A DNA stretch of 64,000 bases from the human T2T-CHM13v2.0 reference genome, Homo sapiens: assembly GCF_009914755.1 (NCBI RefSeq), contig NC_060934.1; one strand, given 5' to 3'. Made by a program: the position numbers and the translations under genes. The notes below the pieces were generated by a model, which had not been told where the DNA came from, did no database searches, and saw only the letters and a list, made by a program, of their open reading frames with translations. The first letter of the stretch is position 1. The number at the start of each line of letters is the position of its first letter. Shown here one piece after another: positions 34,069-61,515 of the stretch.

Positions 34069-37000
34069 TTTTAAATGTTTAACTGGATTTTCACTGCGTA
34101 TTTGGACACCCTTTTCCATCTTCCTCTAGAATGTATTTCCCACTAAATAGCCCACCTCCTCCACCCCCAGGGCAGAGCAGAAGGTGCAGCCCAGGCAGGT
34201 CCCGTGTGTAGAGGTTCCACATGGCACTGCTGCTCCCGTGGAACTGCCACTGCCTTGAGGTCTGCGGCGCACGTTCCCTGGAGGTGTCGTCACCTAGCTC
34301 TGGGGCGCCTGCGGGGGAAGCCACCTGGCCAGCAGTCCTGTCCGTTTCTGTGGGTTCTCCCCAGTGCAGTCTTGATGTTCTGAGAGGCGCTGGCAATTCC
34401 ACGCACCTATGTCCGCAAAAAGCAGGATCCATTCACTTTAGAGAAGTGCCCTCAACAGGCGCGGAGGAAGACGTGCCCTCAACAGGTGCGGAGAAAACTT
34501 CTCTTTCCTGCTTAAAGTAGAACAGTGTCATCAGCTTCTGAAGGTTAATGCTGAGCACAGTTTTCATTGATGAGGATTCTGGGCCCGTGGTTCAGGTGGA
34601 GGTTTGCTGCTCTCTGGGCTGATGACCCGGATTCCATGAACACACTTTCTTCGTAAGTGGATTTAACATGCCTTTTTTGAAAGAAAAATGGAGCTCCTAT
34701 GAACCAGTTTATGATGCCCTCGTGGACAGACTCAGTCTGATTTTGGAGGCCACACGACTGGCAGGTGTGGCTGGAGACTGCAGCATGTGCGTGTCTGTCT
34801 GTCCTGTGTGGAGCCAAATCATCACCATCAGTGCCAGAAGCCTCCCAAAGCCCAGTGCCATGGGATTGGTGTGTGTCCTGCTCCCGGCCGGAAGAAGCTG
34901 GCCCTGGATCCGCCTGGCCCGGCTGCTCTGCATCACCCCTTTGCTTGCTTGGGAGGAAGAGTGGGTCTGGGGCTGCGGAGGCTCTCCGGGTGGCCTTAAG
35001 CTTGCTTTCTCCTAAACCTGTGCTGTGCGTCCTTGGCCAGCGGCTTTGGCATCAGCCAGGGAGTCGGGGAGTGAGGTCAGAGCCAGCAGGAGTCCGGGCT
35101 GTGCTGGGTAGCAGAGGTCGCATCTTCCCAGAGCTGCAGGCAAAGGGACAGGATGGGCTTGCTGTATGAGGGCGTGGCTCTGCTCGTCCTGGGCTGGGCC
35201 AGGGGTGCTGAGTGGGGCTGTAGCCGCATCTTCTGTGGCGAGCTGTCCTGTCGTTGCTGTGCTGGGATCGCCAAGGGAGAGGGACGGAAGCTGTCCGTGA
35301 GCTGGTGAGACAGCAAGCCAGGAATCCAGCCACAGGTGGGGAGACAATGCAGCTCAAACTGGTGGAGCTGCAAGGGCCCACAGACCACCTTCAGACGCTG
35401 CCCGCGGCCGACGCTTCCCCAACCCCTGGGAGAGGCCTGGGCCTGGGGGCCTGGCGGGCCCCGCGCTCTTCCCTTGGGTCCCGTCCTCCGAGGGGGCTGC
35501 CTGCCGAAGCCAAGTTCAGCAGTCCCCGACAGTGGGCTTCTCTGCACAGGTGGTGTGCAGGGGTGGGTGGAGTGTAGACCAGATGTGAGTAAAGGCAGCA
35601 CCCCCAGCCCCACAGGGCTGTCACAGCTCAGGCCCTGCAGAGCTGTGGGGTTTGGCTGCTGTGGGTGGCAACCCCTCCTAAGTGCCTGCTGCAGGTGGGC
35701 GCTGGGCCAGGGCTTTCCCTACAGCCACCCTGGCAATGGGTCACAGACGCACACACCACAGCACCCGGCTGGGCACTAGGGTGATACTGGGCTTGGCTTT
35801 GAGCTCCGTGCCTCTGTGCCCCATACGCCCCTCAGATCTCTGGTGACAGTGCGGGGCTGCCTACAGGACACCCAGGGCTCCTTGATCTTTTAGGAACTGC
35901 GGCACCCCCGAAGCTGTGACAGGTGCAGAGGCGCTGCCGTCCTGGGCCGGGCCTCACCTTCCGCCTTGTGTGCTCTGGCGCCAGCACCCAGTCCCAAGGG
36001 CACAGCGGCTGCGACTTGCCTCTGGCCAGGGCAGGTGGTGGTGTCATACCCAGGACGGGAACCCACACTTGATGTCCTCCAGGGTTTTTTTTTTTTACAT
36101 TATCTTAAGGACTGACAGACTCCCACCCCATCTGCTCCCATCTGTCCCTAATTTCATGCGCCTCCGCCTGAGTTCCTGCACGCATTTCCTGAATAAACAC
36201 ACCCCTGTGCCAGTCAGAACCCGCGGGGGTTTTGGAAGTGAGAGCCCAGCAAGGCAGCTGGCCAGGGGGCGGCACTGCCCTCCGGGGAGCACCGGTGCCC
36301 GGGACTCTGCTTCTGAGGCTGGCCTGTACGATGATTTTGTATAAATATCTCCAATCAGAACCTTTTTAGTGTATTTCTTAATATAACAGAAACTGGTGTC
36401 TTAAAATACAAGACTAGCTGCCCGGTGATGACACCAAATCGAGCAGCGGGGCTCGCAGTGGCCAGGATCCCCGACAGTGGAATGCTGAGGTTAGAACTGA
36501 AACCGCGTTTCGTGAAGTCATCATCACGCACGGGAAACAGGTTTGGGGTGAGGGGCGGTCCAGTCCTAAGAAAGCTCTCCAGCTCCACGCGGTCACCTTC
36601 ACTCACTCACCAGATGCAGATTGCAAAGAGGCGAAACCTGTGATTTCTTTAATAATCACAGTCTCCATCTGGTGAGTGGTTAAAGTCACGTTCCGTTTTC
36701 ATTTTCCTTTTGGTGGCTGGGAAATGCTTCTGATAGTAATAGTTTTCGATTCTGCAACTCCCATTGTCTTAGGCTCTGTAGCTCTCCATTTTCTTCTTAT
36801 CCTTGGGACGTGTCTTGGACGTTTCTAACAGGCTGTGTTCCTGGACCTGAAACTCAGCTGGAGACTGGGTCCCTTGCAGATTTGCAGGGACCGTCCATCG
36901 CTGGTGTGTAGATGCAAAAACAAAACACTGGCACCACCCAGTCAGAACTGGCAGGGGCTGCCTGCACTGGGCACCAACCCCGCAGATGGCCAGGCCCAGA

Positions 37001-37135
37001 CCACGTGACTGCCTGCTGGGCTCCACCCCCAACCGCAGCCCAGCCAAGGCAGAGAGGTGGCTGCACTTCCGCCGATCAGAGGTCCAGATAGAGCTCCGTC
37101 TGCTTGCCTTGGAGTTGTTAGAAAATTATCTTTGG

Positions 37136-37509
<374 letters not shown>

Positions 37510-39686
37510 TTATCCAAACCTAAATATCTGAACACAGTGTAACCCTGGTTCTTACTAGAAGTGTTTTTTCTTAAAGAAGCTGTGAACTGGTCATACGTAC
37601 AGCGTTCACAAGTCCCCAGAGGAGGGTGACAAAGTCTTGCCCTTGCCTCTGGCCCCCTGGATCATTTTGGATACTTGTTTCTTGGGGGGTTACTTCCAGT
37701 TTTTATACAAACACAAATAAGATTCACTCCTGTTTCCCGTTTCTACACATCGGGTAGCATCCTGTGCATGCCGTGGGGCGCCTGGCTGTCCTCACTGCGC
37801 GCGTCTGGGCGGGCTGTCCACACCGTCCGTGGAGCCTCACTGGCTGCTGCACGGTGGCATTGCCACACGTCAGACGCGGCTTCTGACGCCACAGGGCTGT
37901 GCGCTGAGGCTCTGCCTTTCTAACAAGCCCCCAGGCAGCGCGCTGACACCCCAGTCCAGGGACCACACTTTTTTTTTCTTTTTTAGTAAAAAGGTATCTT
38001 CTATTTATTTTCCTTCTTAGCGTTGTACTTTGAATAATTTTGAACAGGTTTTGGAAATCCTGCAGCCTTCACCCAGCCCCCTAACAATGGTGTGTCCTGC
38101 AGCCTCATGGGGACTCACACCGTGCAGGGCTAGTGGCCTCACCTGCACCTGCCTTGGCACCTGCCTGGCTGTCTCACGAGTGTCGGTTTTTCCTGTCCAG
38201 GGCCCTCCCAAAGCGCCCACGTTGTATTTCGTTGTCTCCCTGCCTTCCAGTCTCTGCTGCAGTCTTTCAGGACCCGAGCACTTGGGAAGTGTGGGCAGGC
38301 ATTTTGTAGACTCCCCCTCAATTTTGGTTTGCCTGATATTTTCTCGTGATTAAACTGCAATTATGCATTCTGGCAAGAACACGGAAGAGATCTGGCCTCC
38401 TCTGCATCAAATCAGGATGTAGGTGGTGTCTACCAGGTCTCTTCACTGTAGAGTTACTGTTTTCTTTGGTGTAATGAGTATCTTGCGGGGACACAATGAG
38501 AATATCCTCTCAAGAACCCACTAACTTTAGTTTCCGTCGACGAATCAGCAGTTATTGGTATTTGCCTAATGGTGACTTTGTGTTTTTTTTTTGTTTTGTT
38601 TTTGAGACAAATAACCGTCACCACCACCGGGACCCAGGGCTGGCCGTGCACACGGCTGTTGGAGGATCATTGCTTCCAGGCCCTTTTGTTGAGTGGCACT
38701 TGGAAAGACACACTCCCCCATGCACAGCTCCGGCTCAAACCGCGACTCACTGCTAACCCAAACCCAGCAAGCCCACGGCTTCGTGCTAGCCTTCCTTGTG
38801 ACTGTCCAGCAGTGGGAAATCAGGCTGTCATTACGTGTAACATCACACAGTGTTAATATGCCTGTGGTTTCAGGATTGCCAACCCATGGAAAGCAAATTC
38901 ACTAGCAAGAGTTTACTATTTTTTTTTTTTTTTTTTTTTTGTCACTTTAACCTTGCAGTATCCACCCCGAATGGTGTTCTCTGGTCCTTTAGCTCACCAG
39001 CCCACCCCTTCAGTATGGCTTTATTATTTATAACAGTGAGGTTCCCTTACTGTAGGTATTCCATTTGGGATTCCCCCCCAAAACAGTTATTCATTGAATT
39101 TGGCAGCATCTGAAGCATTAATGTGGTTCTAAGTCTGTTACACAAAAAGCTGCACTCCTTCCACCCTCTTCCGTTTTCCATCTCCACCTCTTTCCACCCC
39201 GGGGTAACCAATCTCATTTAATTCTGCCTTATTCACCCTAATTTTTTTGCACAAATGAGCAGTTATGTGTTTTTCTTAGCTTTTTTCACATAAAGTATAC
39301 TATATATATATTTAAATAATCCTGTATTTTGTCCTCCCATTTGCAGTTTGGACGGGGCTCAGCAGGTTCAGTTCATCTGTGCTCCAGACTGTCAGCGAGG
39401 GCATCTCTCCTGGCACTGGAGGATCCACAGAGGGGGCCACATGGCTGGCAGGGGTGCTAGCTGCTGGATCCTATCTGACCAGGCCTCTCTACTGAGCAAT
39501 GTGGCTTCTTCCCAGCACGGAGGCTGGGCGCCAAGAGCATGCACCCGCAGAGACAGGAAGTGGCGGCTGCCGGTTTCTTAAGGCTGGGTGGGCCCAGAAA
39601 GTGGTGCTGCACCACTGGCATCACTCCCTCCTTATCCTGTTGGCCAGTCCAGAGCTGAAGGGGCACAGACCCCCATCACTCATTAA

Positions 39687-40000
<314 letters not shown>

Positions 40001-40824
40001 GGGGGCTGTCTTCAAACTGCTACAGGTTTCCTGTTTCAAGGAGCTGCTTCCAAATGTTCTTTCCTTTCTGCTAGGGAGACATCTATTTTTGCACTGTGTT
40101 TTACTTCACATACCCTGGAATCCCTTCTCATCGCGAGCTCTTCCCCTTGGTGCATGAGTGGCAAAGCACCGGCCCTGCAGGGCAGCACTGTCGTTCTCTC
40201 GAGTCTCTATGCGTGGGCACCTCGGTTGCTTCATATATTTTAATACAATCATGTTATAATAAATACTGCGTATTTAGTTATATCCTTGTGCATGTGCATG
40301 TAGAAGTTTCTAGGTCTGTCTCCAGAGTGAATTCCTAGAAGTGGTTTGTGTGTCCAAAGCATAGATGCATGGCTGGAGTTTTTTGAGGTGTTGCCGACTC
40401 CTCTCTCTTGCAGCCATGTGCATTCCTTCTAAGCAACGTGTCGGCGTCACGTTCCACACCCTAAGCAGATGTGTATGGGCAAATGTCTGCATCAGAGTAA
40501 ATATCAGGTAAATAGTGGCCAAGTGGCCAATGTTTTTATATCAGAATCACTTAATGTTAATTTTATAAACTTAATGATTAAAATGAGTGTTATGGGCAGT
40601 TATTTGTATTAACCACTGTAGAAAAGAAGGGTTATTTACAGAAGCTATTCAGAAGGCACACTGCCATTATCCTACCTCAAAGATAAAAACATTCAGATAC
40701 GCACACACATCAAACTTGTTTCATTTTTAATAAAATGTCTAATGTTACAATCTAACGAAAAACACCTCCAGAAAACTTGATTCTTGGTCTCCCATCTGTC
40801 TAAAGCACTCCAGTCCCAGAGTTG

Positions 40825-41468
<644 letters not shown>

Positions 41469-41954
41469 TGAGGGGGACACGTGGTTGGCTTTGTGTGCTA
41501 ACTTTGATGGTGACCAGGGGGTTCACTGAGCTCTGTAAGGTGCTGAAACTCCACTGATGTTTGTGATGAAAGACAAACAGCAAACATATTTGCTCTAAAA
41601 CAAAAACGGAATTCCCTTGACCATCGTGCTTCGATGATCTCAGACTATTCTGAAGTTAAATTATATAAAGGAATTCTGATGTCATGCCATCCACATTCTC
41701 CAAATGTAAGACTGAGAGATGACTGCTTCCAAGGTAGCATCAACAAAGATTTTTACAAATGAAAACGTTAGATTTAACACCCGAATTAAGCGTGGAAAGG
41801 TGAAACATCAAGGCGGCAGGCAGCCTTTCTAAAAAGTTTGCTGTAGGAAAGATAATGTCAAAATAGGGACCAGTCCTGGTTTCATTAAGAAGCTATCATG
41901 ACGTCTGATTTTAAACCATATGTAAATACAGTAATCTGAAGGATTTGGCAAAGA

Positions 41955-41960
41955 TTTATT
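41955..41960 (-). terminator. BNIP3 polyadenylation signal
   Basis: AATAAA on the minus strand about 815 nt after the stop, at the end of an AT-rich 3'UTR. Confidence 0.75.
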
Positions 41961-42774
41961 TTTTTTTCCATTTCCAGTTTTTTAAAGTAGACACAGATTT
42001 GCTTAGAATAAAGCTGATTTTAAAAGCACACAAAAGTTGAACACAAAGGAGAGGATTAAATTCACCAATGCAGAGTGATAAAGAGGAAAAGATACTGAGT
42101 AGGTGCCTTCAGCAGAAAACTGATCATCCAGGGTGATCACCTAATAATCGGAGACTTAATTCCTTATAATGCAAAAGCAAGAAGAGTTTAGTGTATGAAC
42201 TGTACAGCTGAGTTTGTAGCTCTATCTTGGTTTCTGTTGATTATGAACAATTAGCATAGTTATATATAATCTTTCTTTAGTAGACAACCTGCATCCATTT
42301 AAATTAAATAATACTTTCTACAATAGTGTGATATATAAGGCCACAATATTTATTTTGGACAAACCCCTTAAAGTAGCGATTTTATTATCAATGTTATTCA
42401 TTCTTTTGAAATATAAAGTACTTCAGCTGAATTAAGGTTGCAGATAATTTTTAAAATACAACACACATCATGACTAGTATATTAAAATTATTTATATTCA
42501 GATATTTATATCTAATATCAAATGAAAATTTACTACCAAATTTTTACAGTAGACATTAATCAGTCTGACATGCTTATTGATCCCATAGGTGTAATTATAG
42601 ATCAACATGATTTTAGTGTCTATTCTTTTATTTTACTAAATTAGGAACGCAGCATTTACAGAACAAATAAACACAAGTGACGTGGCCACCCCAGGATCTA
42701 ACAGCTCTTCAGTGAGCTATGTTGCAAGCTCAGAAGTAATCCACTAACGAACCAAGTCAGACTCCAGTTCTTCA

Positions 42775-56069
<13,295 letters not shown>

Positions 56070-56282
56070 GGCGCCAGAGGGCAACTGCGGCGATCGGAGT
56101 CCGCGCCGGGCTGCGGGATGTGCTTCAGCTGCGGGCGGTGGGAAAGCGGAGGTCGGAGCGCCGCGGCCCAGCTGCGCTCCCGGACTGAGCGGAGCCCCGC
56201 AGCCCGGCCGGAGGAACTCACAGGGCAGGGCGGGGCCGGGCGGATCTGCGGCCGCGTCGCCCATTGGCCGCGACTTGGGGCC

Positions 56283-56294
56283 TGCGCGTGCGCA
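56283..56294 (-). promoter_or_regulatory. NRF1 (nuclear respiratory factor 1) consensus site
   Basis: TGCGCACGCGCA on the minus strand is an exact match to YGCGCAYGCGCR. Confidence 0.6.
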
Positions 56295-56314
56295 GGGGCG
56301 TGGGGTGCGTGTGG

Positions 56315-56320
56315 CACGTG
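56315..56320. promoter_or_regulatory. Hypoxia response element / E-box CACGTG in the BNIP3 proximal promoter
   Basis: GGCACGTGC contains the RCGTG core on both strands; BNIP3 is an established HIF-1 target. Confidence 0.8.
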
Positions 56321-57454
56321 CGGCGCGTGCGCGGGGCGGGTCCTGCGGTGGGCGAGGGGCAGAGGCCTGCGGTGCGCGGGACGCGGGCGGGGAGAGGGGC
56401 GGGGCGAGGGGCGCGCAGGCGCGAGGGCGGCAGCGACCGCCTGAGGTGAGCCGGCCCGGGCTGGACGCCGCGGGCCGCGTGACGAGTGGGCTGCGCGGTC
56501 GCCGCCGCGGCAGGCGGTGGGCCGGGTTCTCCTTTGAAGGGGCGGTGGGACCGGCGGACGCTCTGGGCACTGGCTACCACGGAGACGCCGCTACGCTTCG
56601 GGGCGGGGCCCGTCTTTCCATCCTGCTAGTGGGGAAACTGAGGCGCGGGGCTGGCGGCGTCCGTGCGGGGGGCGTGAGGACGTGCAGGGAAGCGGCCGCT
56701 GCGGCTCCGAGACGGCCCGTGGGGTCGGGACCTGCGCCCGGGGCGGGAGCTGCGAGCGGTGGGCCGGAGCTGAGCGTCTCGGGACGGGACCGCGTCCCCG
56801 GGTCTCTGCCCGCCCCGCCGGGGCGCCCCTGCGTGAACAGCGGGGCCGGTTGTGTCCGGGGCGTCCGCCCGCAGGAAGAAGCGGAGGCTCGAGCAGAGTC
56901 GAAAGAGTCTGCCCGAGGGAGGCGCGGACCCCAGGGGCCCGGGAGAGGCGCGCCGTCCGCCTCTGCGGCAAGGGGCCCCCGGGGTGCAAACGCGGTGTGG
57001 GGCGGGCGTCCCCGGGGTGGGCCGGGGCCTCCGCGGGTCACGGGGCGGAGTGGCGCCTGGTCGGGCCGGGTGGGTGCCCGGCTTCCGTGGGAGCCAGCCT
57101 GGCGTGGGGGCCTCGCAGCCTCGGGACTGGGAGGCACTTTTCAGAGGAAAGTCGCTTTCTCATTTCCCGCTTTTGATCAAAAGTCTTTCTTCTTGAAAGC
57201 ATTGTTGATCCAAATCCAAGTGTCAAGGTGCGCCCCAGAAACGCTGCTTCCCAGACAGTCGTGTCTGGTCTTGCGGGAAAGGAGGAGGCGTCCCGCCAAG
57301 GAACCAGGCGCTCAGAAGCTGAACCGGGGTCACAGAGCCGCGAAGCCAGACCTCAGTCGCTGCGTGCATTTCATCCCTGCTCTTGCCTGTTGAATCGTCT
57401 CTAGTCTTTGGAGTGCCATGATTTTAGTTTTCTCAGGAGTAACAAACATCCAGA

Positions 57455-57913
57455 GGCCAGTGTGGGGCGCATGTCTTTCATCTCAGCACTTTGGGAGGCC
57501 GAGGCAGGAGGATCGCTGGAGCCCAGGAGTTGGAGACCAGTCTGGGCAATATGGCGAAACGCTTTCTCTCCCCTAAAAAAATACAAAAAACTTAGCTGGG
57601 TATGGTGGCACCTGCTGTGGGAGGATTCCTTGAGCCCAGGAGGTAGGGGCTACAGTGAGCCATGATCAGGCCACAACCCTCCAGCCTGGGCAACAGTGTG
57701 AGAACCTGTCTCAAAAAAAAAAAAAAAAAAACAGCCAGAGATACATAGCATAGCATTAATAATTTCGATAGTAGAACTGTAGTGCTGGCCAGGCAGTGGC
57801 TCTTGTGTGTAATCCCAGCATTTGGGGAGCCCAAGGCAGGAGGGTCACTTGAGCCTGATAGTTCAAGACCAACCTGGCAACACAGAAAGACTCCATCTCT
57901 ATTAAAACAAAAA
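57455..57913 (+). mobile_element. AluJ-like dimer (about 57455-57731) plus monomer (about 57787-57913)
   Basis: Alu consensus segments with A tails. Confidence 0.85.
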
Positions 57914-57949
57914 TGTTACCAAGTACGGTGCACATAAGGATTACAATGA

Positions 57950-59860
57950 AAAAGAGAATGTGTATGCCAGAATGAAAAACGGAACCTATTCTAGGGAGTC
58001 AACTAAAAGTATTACGAAGAAAATCAAATGGAGAATTGTTCAGAATAGTGTAGCCTAGTGGCTTGTACTTTTTCCCATATGAGTTTCTACTTCGTGGAAA
58101 GGGTTTATGCACATCAAGAGGTATTTGCCACCATACATAGACTTGCTTGCTCAGCTAATAATCGAAAGCAATGCAGTCGTCCAGTGCAGCCTTAGCCAGT
58201 GAGTCAGTAGCTTTTTGTTGGGCTGTGATGGAGGCAGCAGTTTCATCAGCAATATTTCCTGATAGGCCAGATATGCTCGCAGTCATCCCAAGTAAAAGCA
58301 AACAAATACTGACTCTAGGTCCACTGGAATACTAAAGAAGGCACTACATAAATGAGTCACAGTGTCTCACTTCCAGCTGCCGAAAGAGGATGGGGCTTTG
58401 GTACTACCAGATGTCTGGGGATCACAGTGTTGATGACGGTTCTCAAATCTTGTACAGAATACCAGCTCTTCCCATTCGGCTTCCTTACAAGAAGGATTGG
58501 AGTATTACATGCTGGCGCAAGGAATAATTAGACCCCTTTTAATATAGTCTTTTGTTACGGATCTTATTCCTTCATTTGCTTCAGGCCTTAGAGGATATTG
58601 TCTGATATTGGGTAAAGGATTAATCGGGTTTACTTCCACTTTAATGAAAGTGGCTGAATATATTTTACTAATGTCGGTGGAAGACTCTGACCATAAGTGG
58701 TCTGACAAAGCTTGCCCTAAGCCATCCGTGTCATTAGTGCCAGTTGAGAAAAAAGTTGTTTGATCTGTATTTTTATAATTTCAGTAATTTCTCATTCTGT
58801 AGTTTTTCCATTTGCTCCTTCCATTCTAAACCTAAATCCATTTCTTCCTTTTGGGAGAAGGAAAGCATGCATTGTGACGTTCCAACACAAAATGTCTGCC
58901 TTAGAGATGTCTGAGAGGTGGGGGAATGAAGAAAAGAATGAGGGCCCTGGGATTCTAAGGGCTTGGACTTGTATCCAGTGATAGGCTGATGAGATAACCC
59001 TACCGTTTGTACAGTTCCATTACTCCAAGGAAGGAGACAACTTAAAGTGGACGAAAAGAGTGGCACCAGTGTCTTTGAGGGCATGTGTCTGTTCTTCATT
59101 TATGGCAATGTCCATTTCTCCTAAGGCATTAGTAGAAATAGGAACACCTCCCTTTGATCCTCAGAGCAATCCTGTTCATCATGTGGGATCCTGTTTTTTC
59201 ACTGGTCCTGCTGTTAAATTTTCTACAATCTTTTTTGAAATGGCCAGGCTTTTTACAGTAGAAGCAAACAGCCCTTTTATCATTAGAAGGAGGCCCTGTC
59301 TTTTCTTAAAAGGCCTCATTTGGTTAGTCAGTTCTTGTAGTTGCAAATTCATAATCTTTGAGACCTTAGTTTTTTTCTTCCTTCTGAATTGTCTTAGGAA
59401 GTTGATCTGCATAGCTTACTAATTTGTGGGTTTGTATATTCACCCGGTTAAGCTGGTATCTTTTTAACTTAGGTAACCAAACCCTCACTTAAGCCACTGA
59501 GGAAAGTAGAATTTATGAGGAGTCATTCTAATGATCTTGGAGGCTAACAGGCATTCCAGAATATTATTTAAAGGTTTTTACAAACCCTTCAAAACATCTA
59601 AGCAGAGATTTGTCTGACCTTTGAGTACATTGTTGAGTTCTCCTCCAATCTACATTTTTAGGAAAGAACTGGGGCAAGGCATCAGGAAGAGCCTTGGCTA
59701 AAGTCCTTATTCAAAAAAGGGGGGCTTTGGAATTGACCGGGAAGGTGGAGCACCAAAGCCCTACCCATCAGCTCTCACACTTTGGCTTGTTGGGTGAATC
59801 TCACTGTCCTCTGGGAATTATGTACTTGTTTTCCCCACACCCAAGGCCATCTCCCACCTG
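57950..59860 (-). mobile_element. Degenerate ERV1 (gammaretrovirus-like) internal sequence: gag-pro-pol remnant joined to env TM
   Basis: Gag zinc knuckle CFYCKKPGHFKKDC (59225-59266); protease DTGA (59062-59073); RT N-terminus LPNIRQYPL...TPILLVRKPNGKSWYSVQDLR (about 58440-58620); env ISD-like LDDCIAFDY/LAEQ (about 58145-58185). May extend to about 60640 past the Alu. Confidence 0.85.
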
Positions 59861-59865
59861 CAGCC

Positions 59866-60133
59866 TTTTTTTTTTTTTTTTAGAGACGGAGTCTCACTCT
59901 GTCACCCAGGCTGGAGTGCGGTGGTGTGATCTCGGCTCACTACAGCCTCAGCCTCCCAAGTAGCTGGGATTACAGGTGCCCACCACCACACCTGGCTAAT
60001 TTTTGTATTTTTAGTAGAGACAGGGTTTTGCCTTGTTGGCCAGGCTGGTCTCTTAACTCCTGACCTCAAGTGATCCACCCACATCAACCTCCCAAAGTGC
60101 TGGGATTGCAGGCATGAGCCACCGTGCCCGGCC
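59866..60133 (-). mobile_element. Alu (right arm internally deleted)
   Basis: Antisense Alu with T tail. Confidence 0.9.
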
Positions 60134-60645
60134 TTGGAGCCTCTCTTCAATGCTCTCCAGCAAGCACTGAATAATCCACCTGCTTCGTTTTAGGGAATCT
60201 TTGTTTCAGTGAAATAAACCTCTCTGTCCTTAAATTTTGGATTCACTCACGCATTGTCATCGCCTCTGCTGTCTCTGATGCAGATATTTAAAGAAAACGG
60301 TTATTTTCCGGCAGCAACAGTGGACAATGAAGCTGTCATGTGTGGCAGGACAGCAGGGAGCAGGCAGTTGGTGAGAACTCAGCTTCTACAGGCAGGAATG
60401 GAGTGGGAGAGGCCCTCAGTGGTCCAGGATTTGGGAGGATTCTGTGCCTAGTCCCTGTAAAAGCTGCCAAGTGTGTTCAGAATTATTGGACTAGGTTTGC
60501 AGACAGGGAGTCCCCAGAGTTTTGGGGGTTGAGATTTCTTCTTGGTACAGCTCTGGGTAGATAAAGCAGATGTAGGAATCCCAAAAGGAGCTAATTTGGA
60601 GAATATCTGTTTGGAAACAGTGGAGAGGTGGGTGCAGCCAGAAGC

Positions 60646-61083
60646 AGAAGTTACTTTCTGCAGGGTTAACCAACGAAGGCTCGTTCACCAGAAAATGTGC
60701 CCTGCTGATGATATTTACAGAAGTTACTTTCTGCAGGGTTAACCAATGAAGGCTCGTTCACCAGAAGATGTGCCCTGCTGATGATATTTACAGAAGTTAC
60801 TTTCTGCAGGGTTAACCAATGAAGCCTCGTTCACCAGAAGATGTGCCCTGCTGATGATATTTACAGAAGTTACTTTCTGCAGGGTTAACCAATGAAGCCT
60901 CGTTCACCAGAAGATGTGCCCTGCTGATGATATTTACAGAAGTTACTTTCTGCAGGGTTAACCAATGAAGGCTCGTACACCAGAAAATGTGCCCTGCTGA
61001 TGATATTTAAAGAAGTTACTTTCTGCAGGGTTAACCAGTGAAGGCTCGTACACCAGAAAATGTGGCCTGCTGATATTTAAAGA
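60646..61083. repeat. VNTR, 73-bp unit, 6 copies
   Basis: AGAAGTTACTTTCTGCAGGGTTAACCAATGAAGGCTCGTTCACCAGAAGATGTGCCCTGCTGATGATATTTAC at 60646, 60719, 60792, 60865, 60938 and 61011. Confidence 0.95.
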
Positions 61084-61087
61084 AACG

Positions 61088-61384
<297 letters not shown>

Positions 61385-61515
61385 TGTCTGCTGCAGGATT
61401 GCAGGGGGCATCACAAGTGGTACATTAGTTTTTTTTTATGATTTCATAGACAAAAATTATTTTTTGAAATCTGACAATACCAAATGCTAACCAGGATATA
61501 GAGAAACAAGAACTT

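Noticed and set aside
34445-34495. Short local duplications (also about 2811-2829, 3211-3256, 14652-14676 and 45963-45994)
   Set aside because: Ordinary two-copy slippage events with no sign of function.
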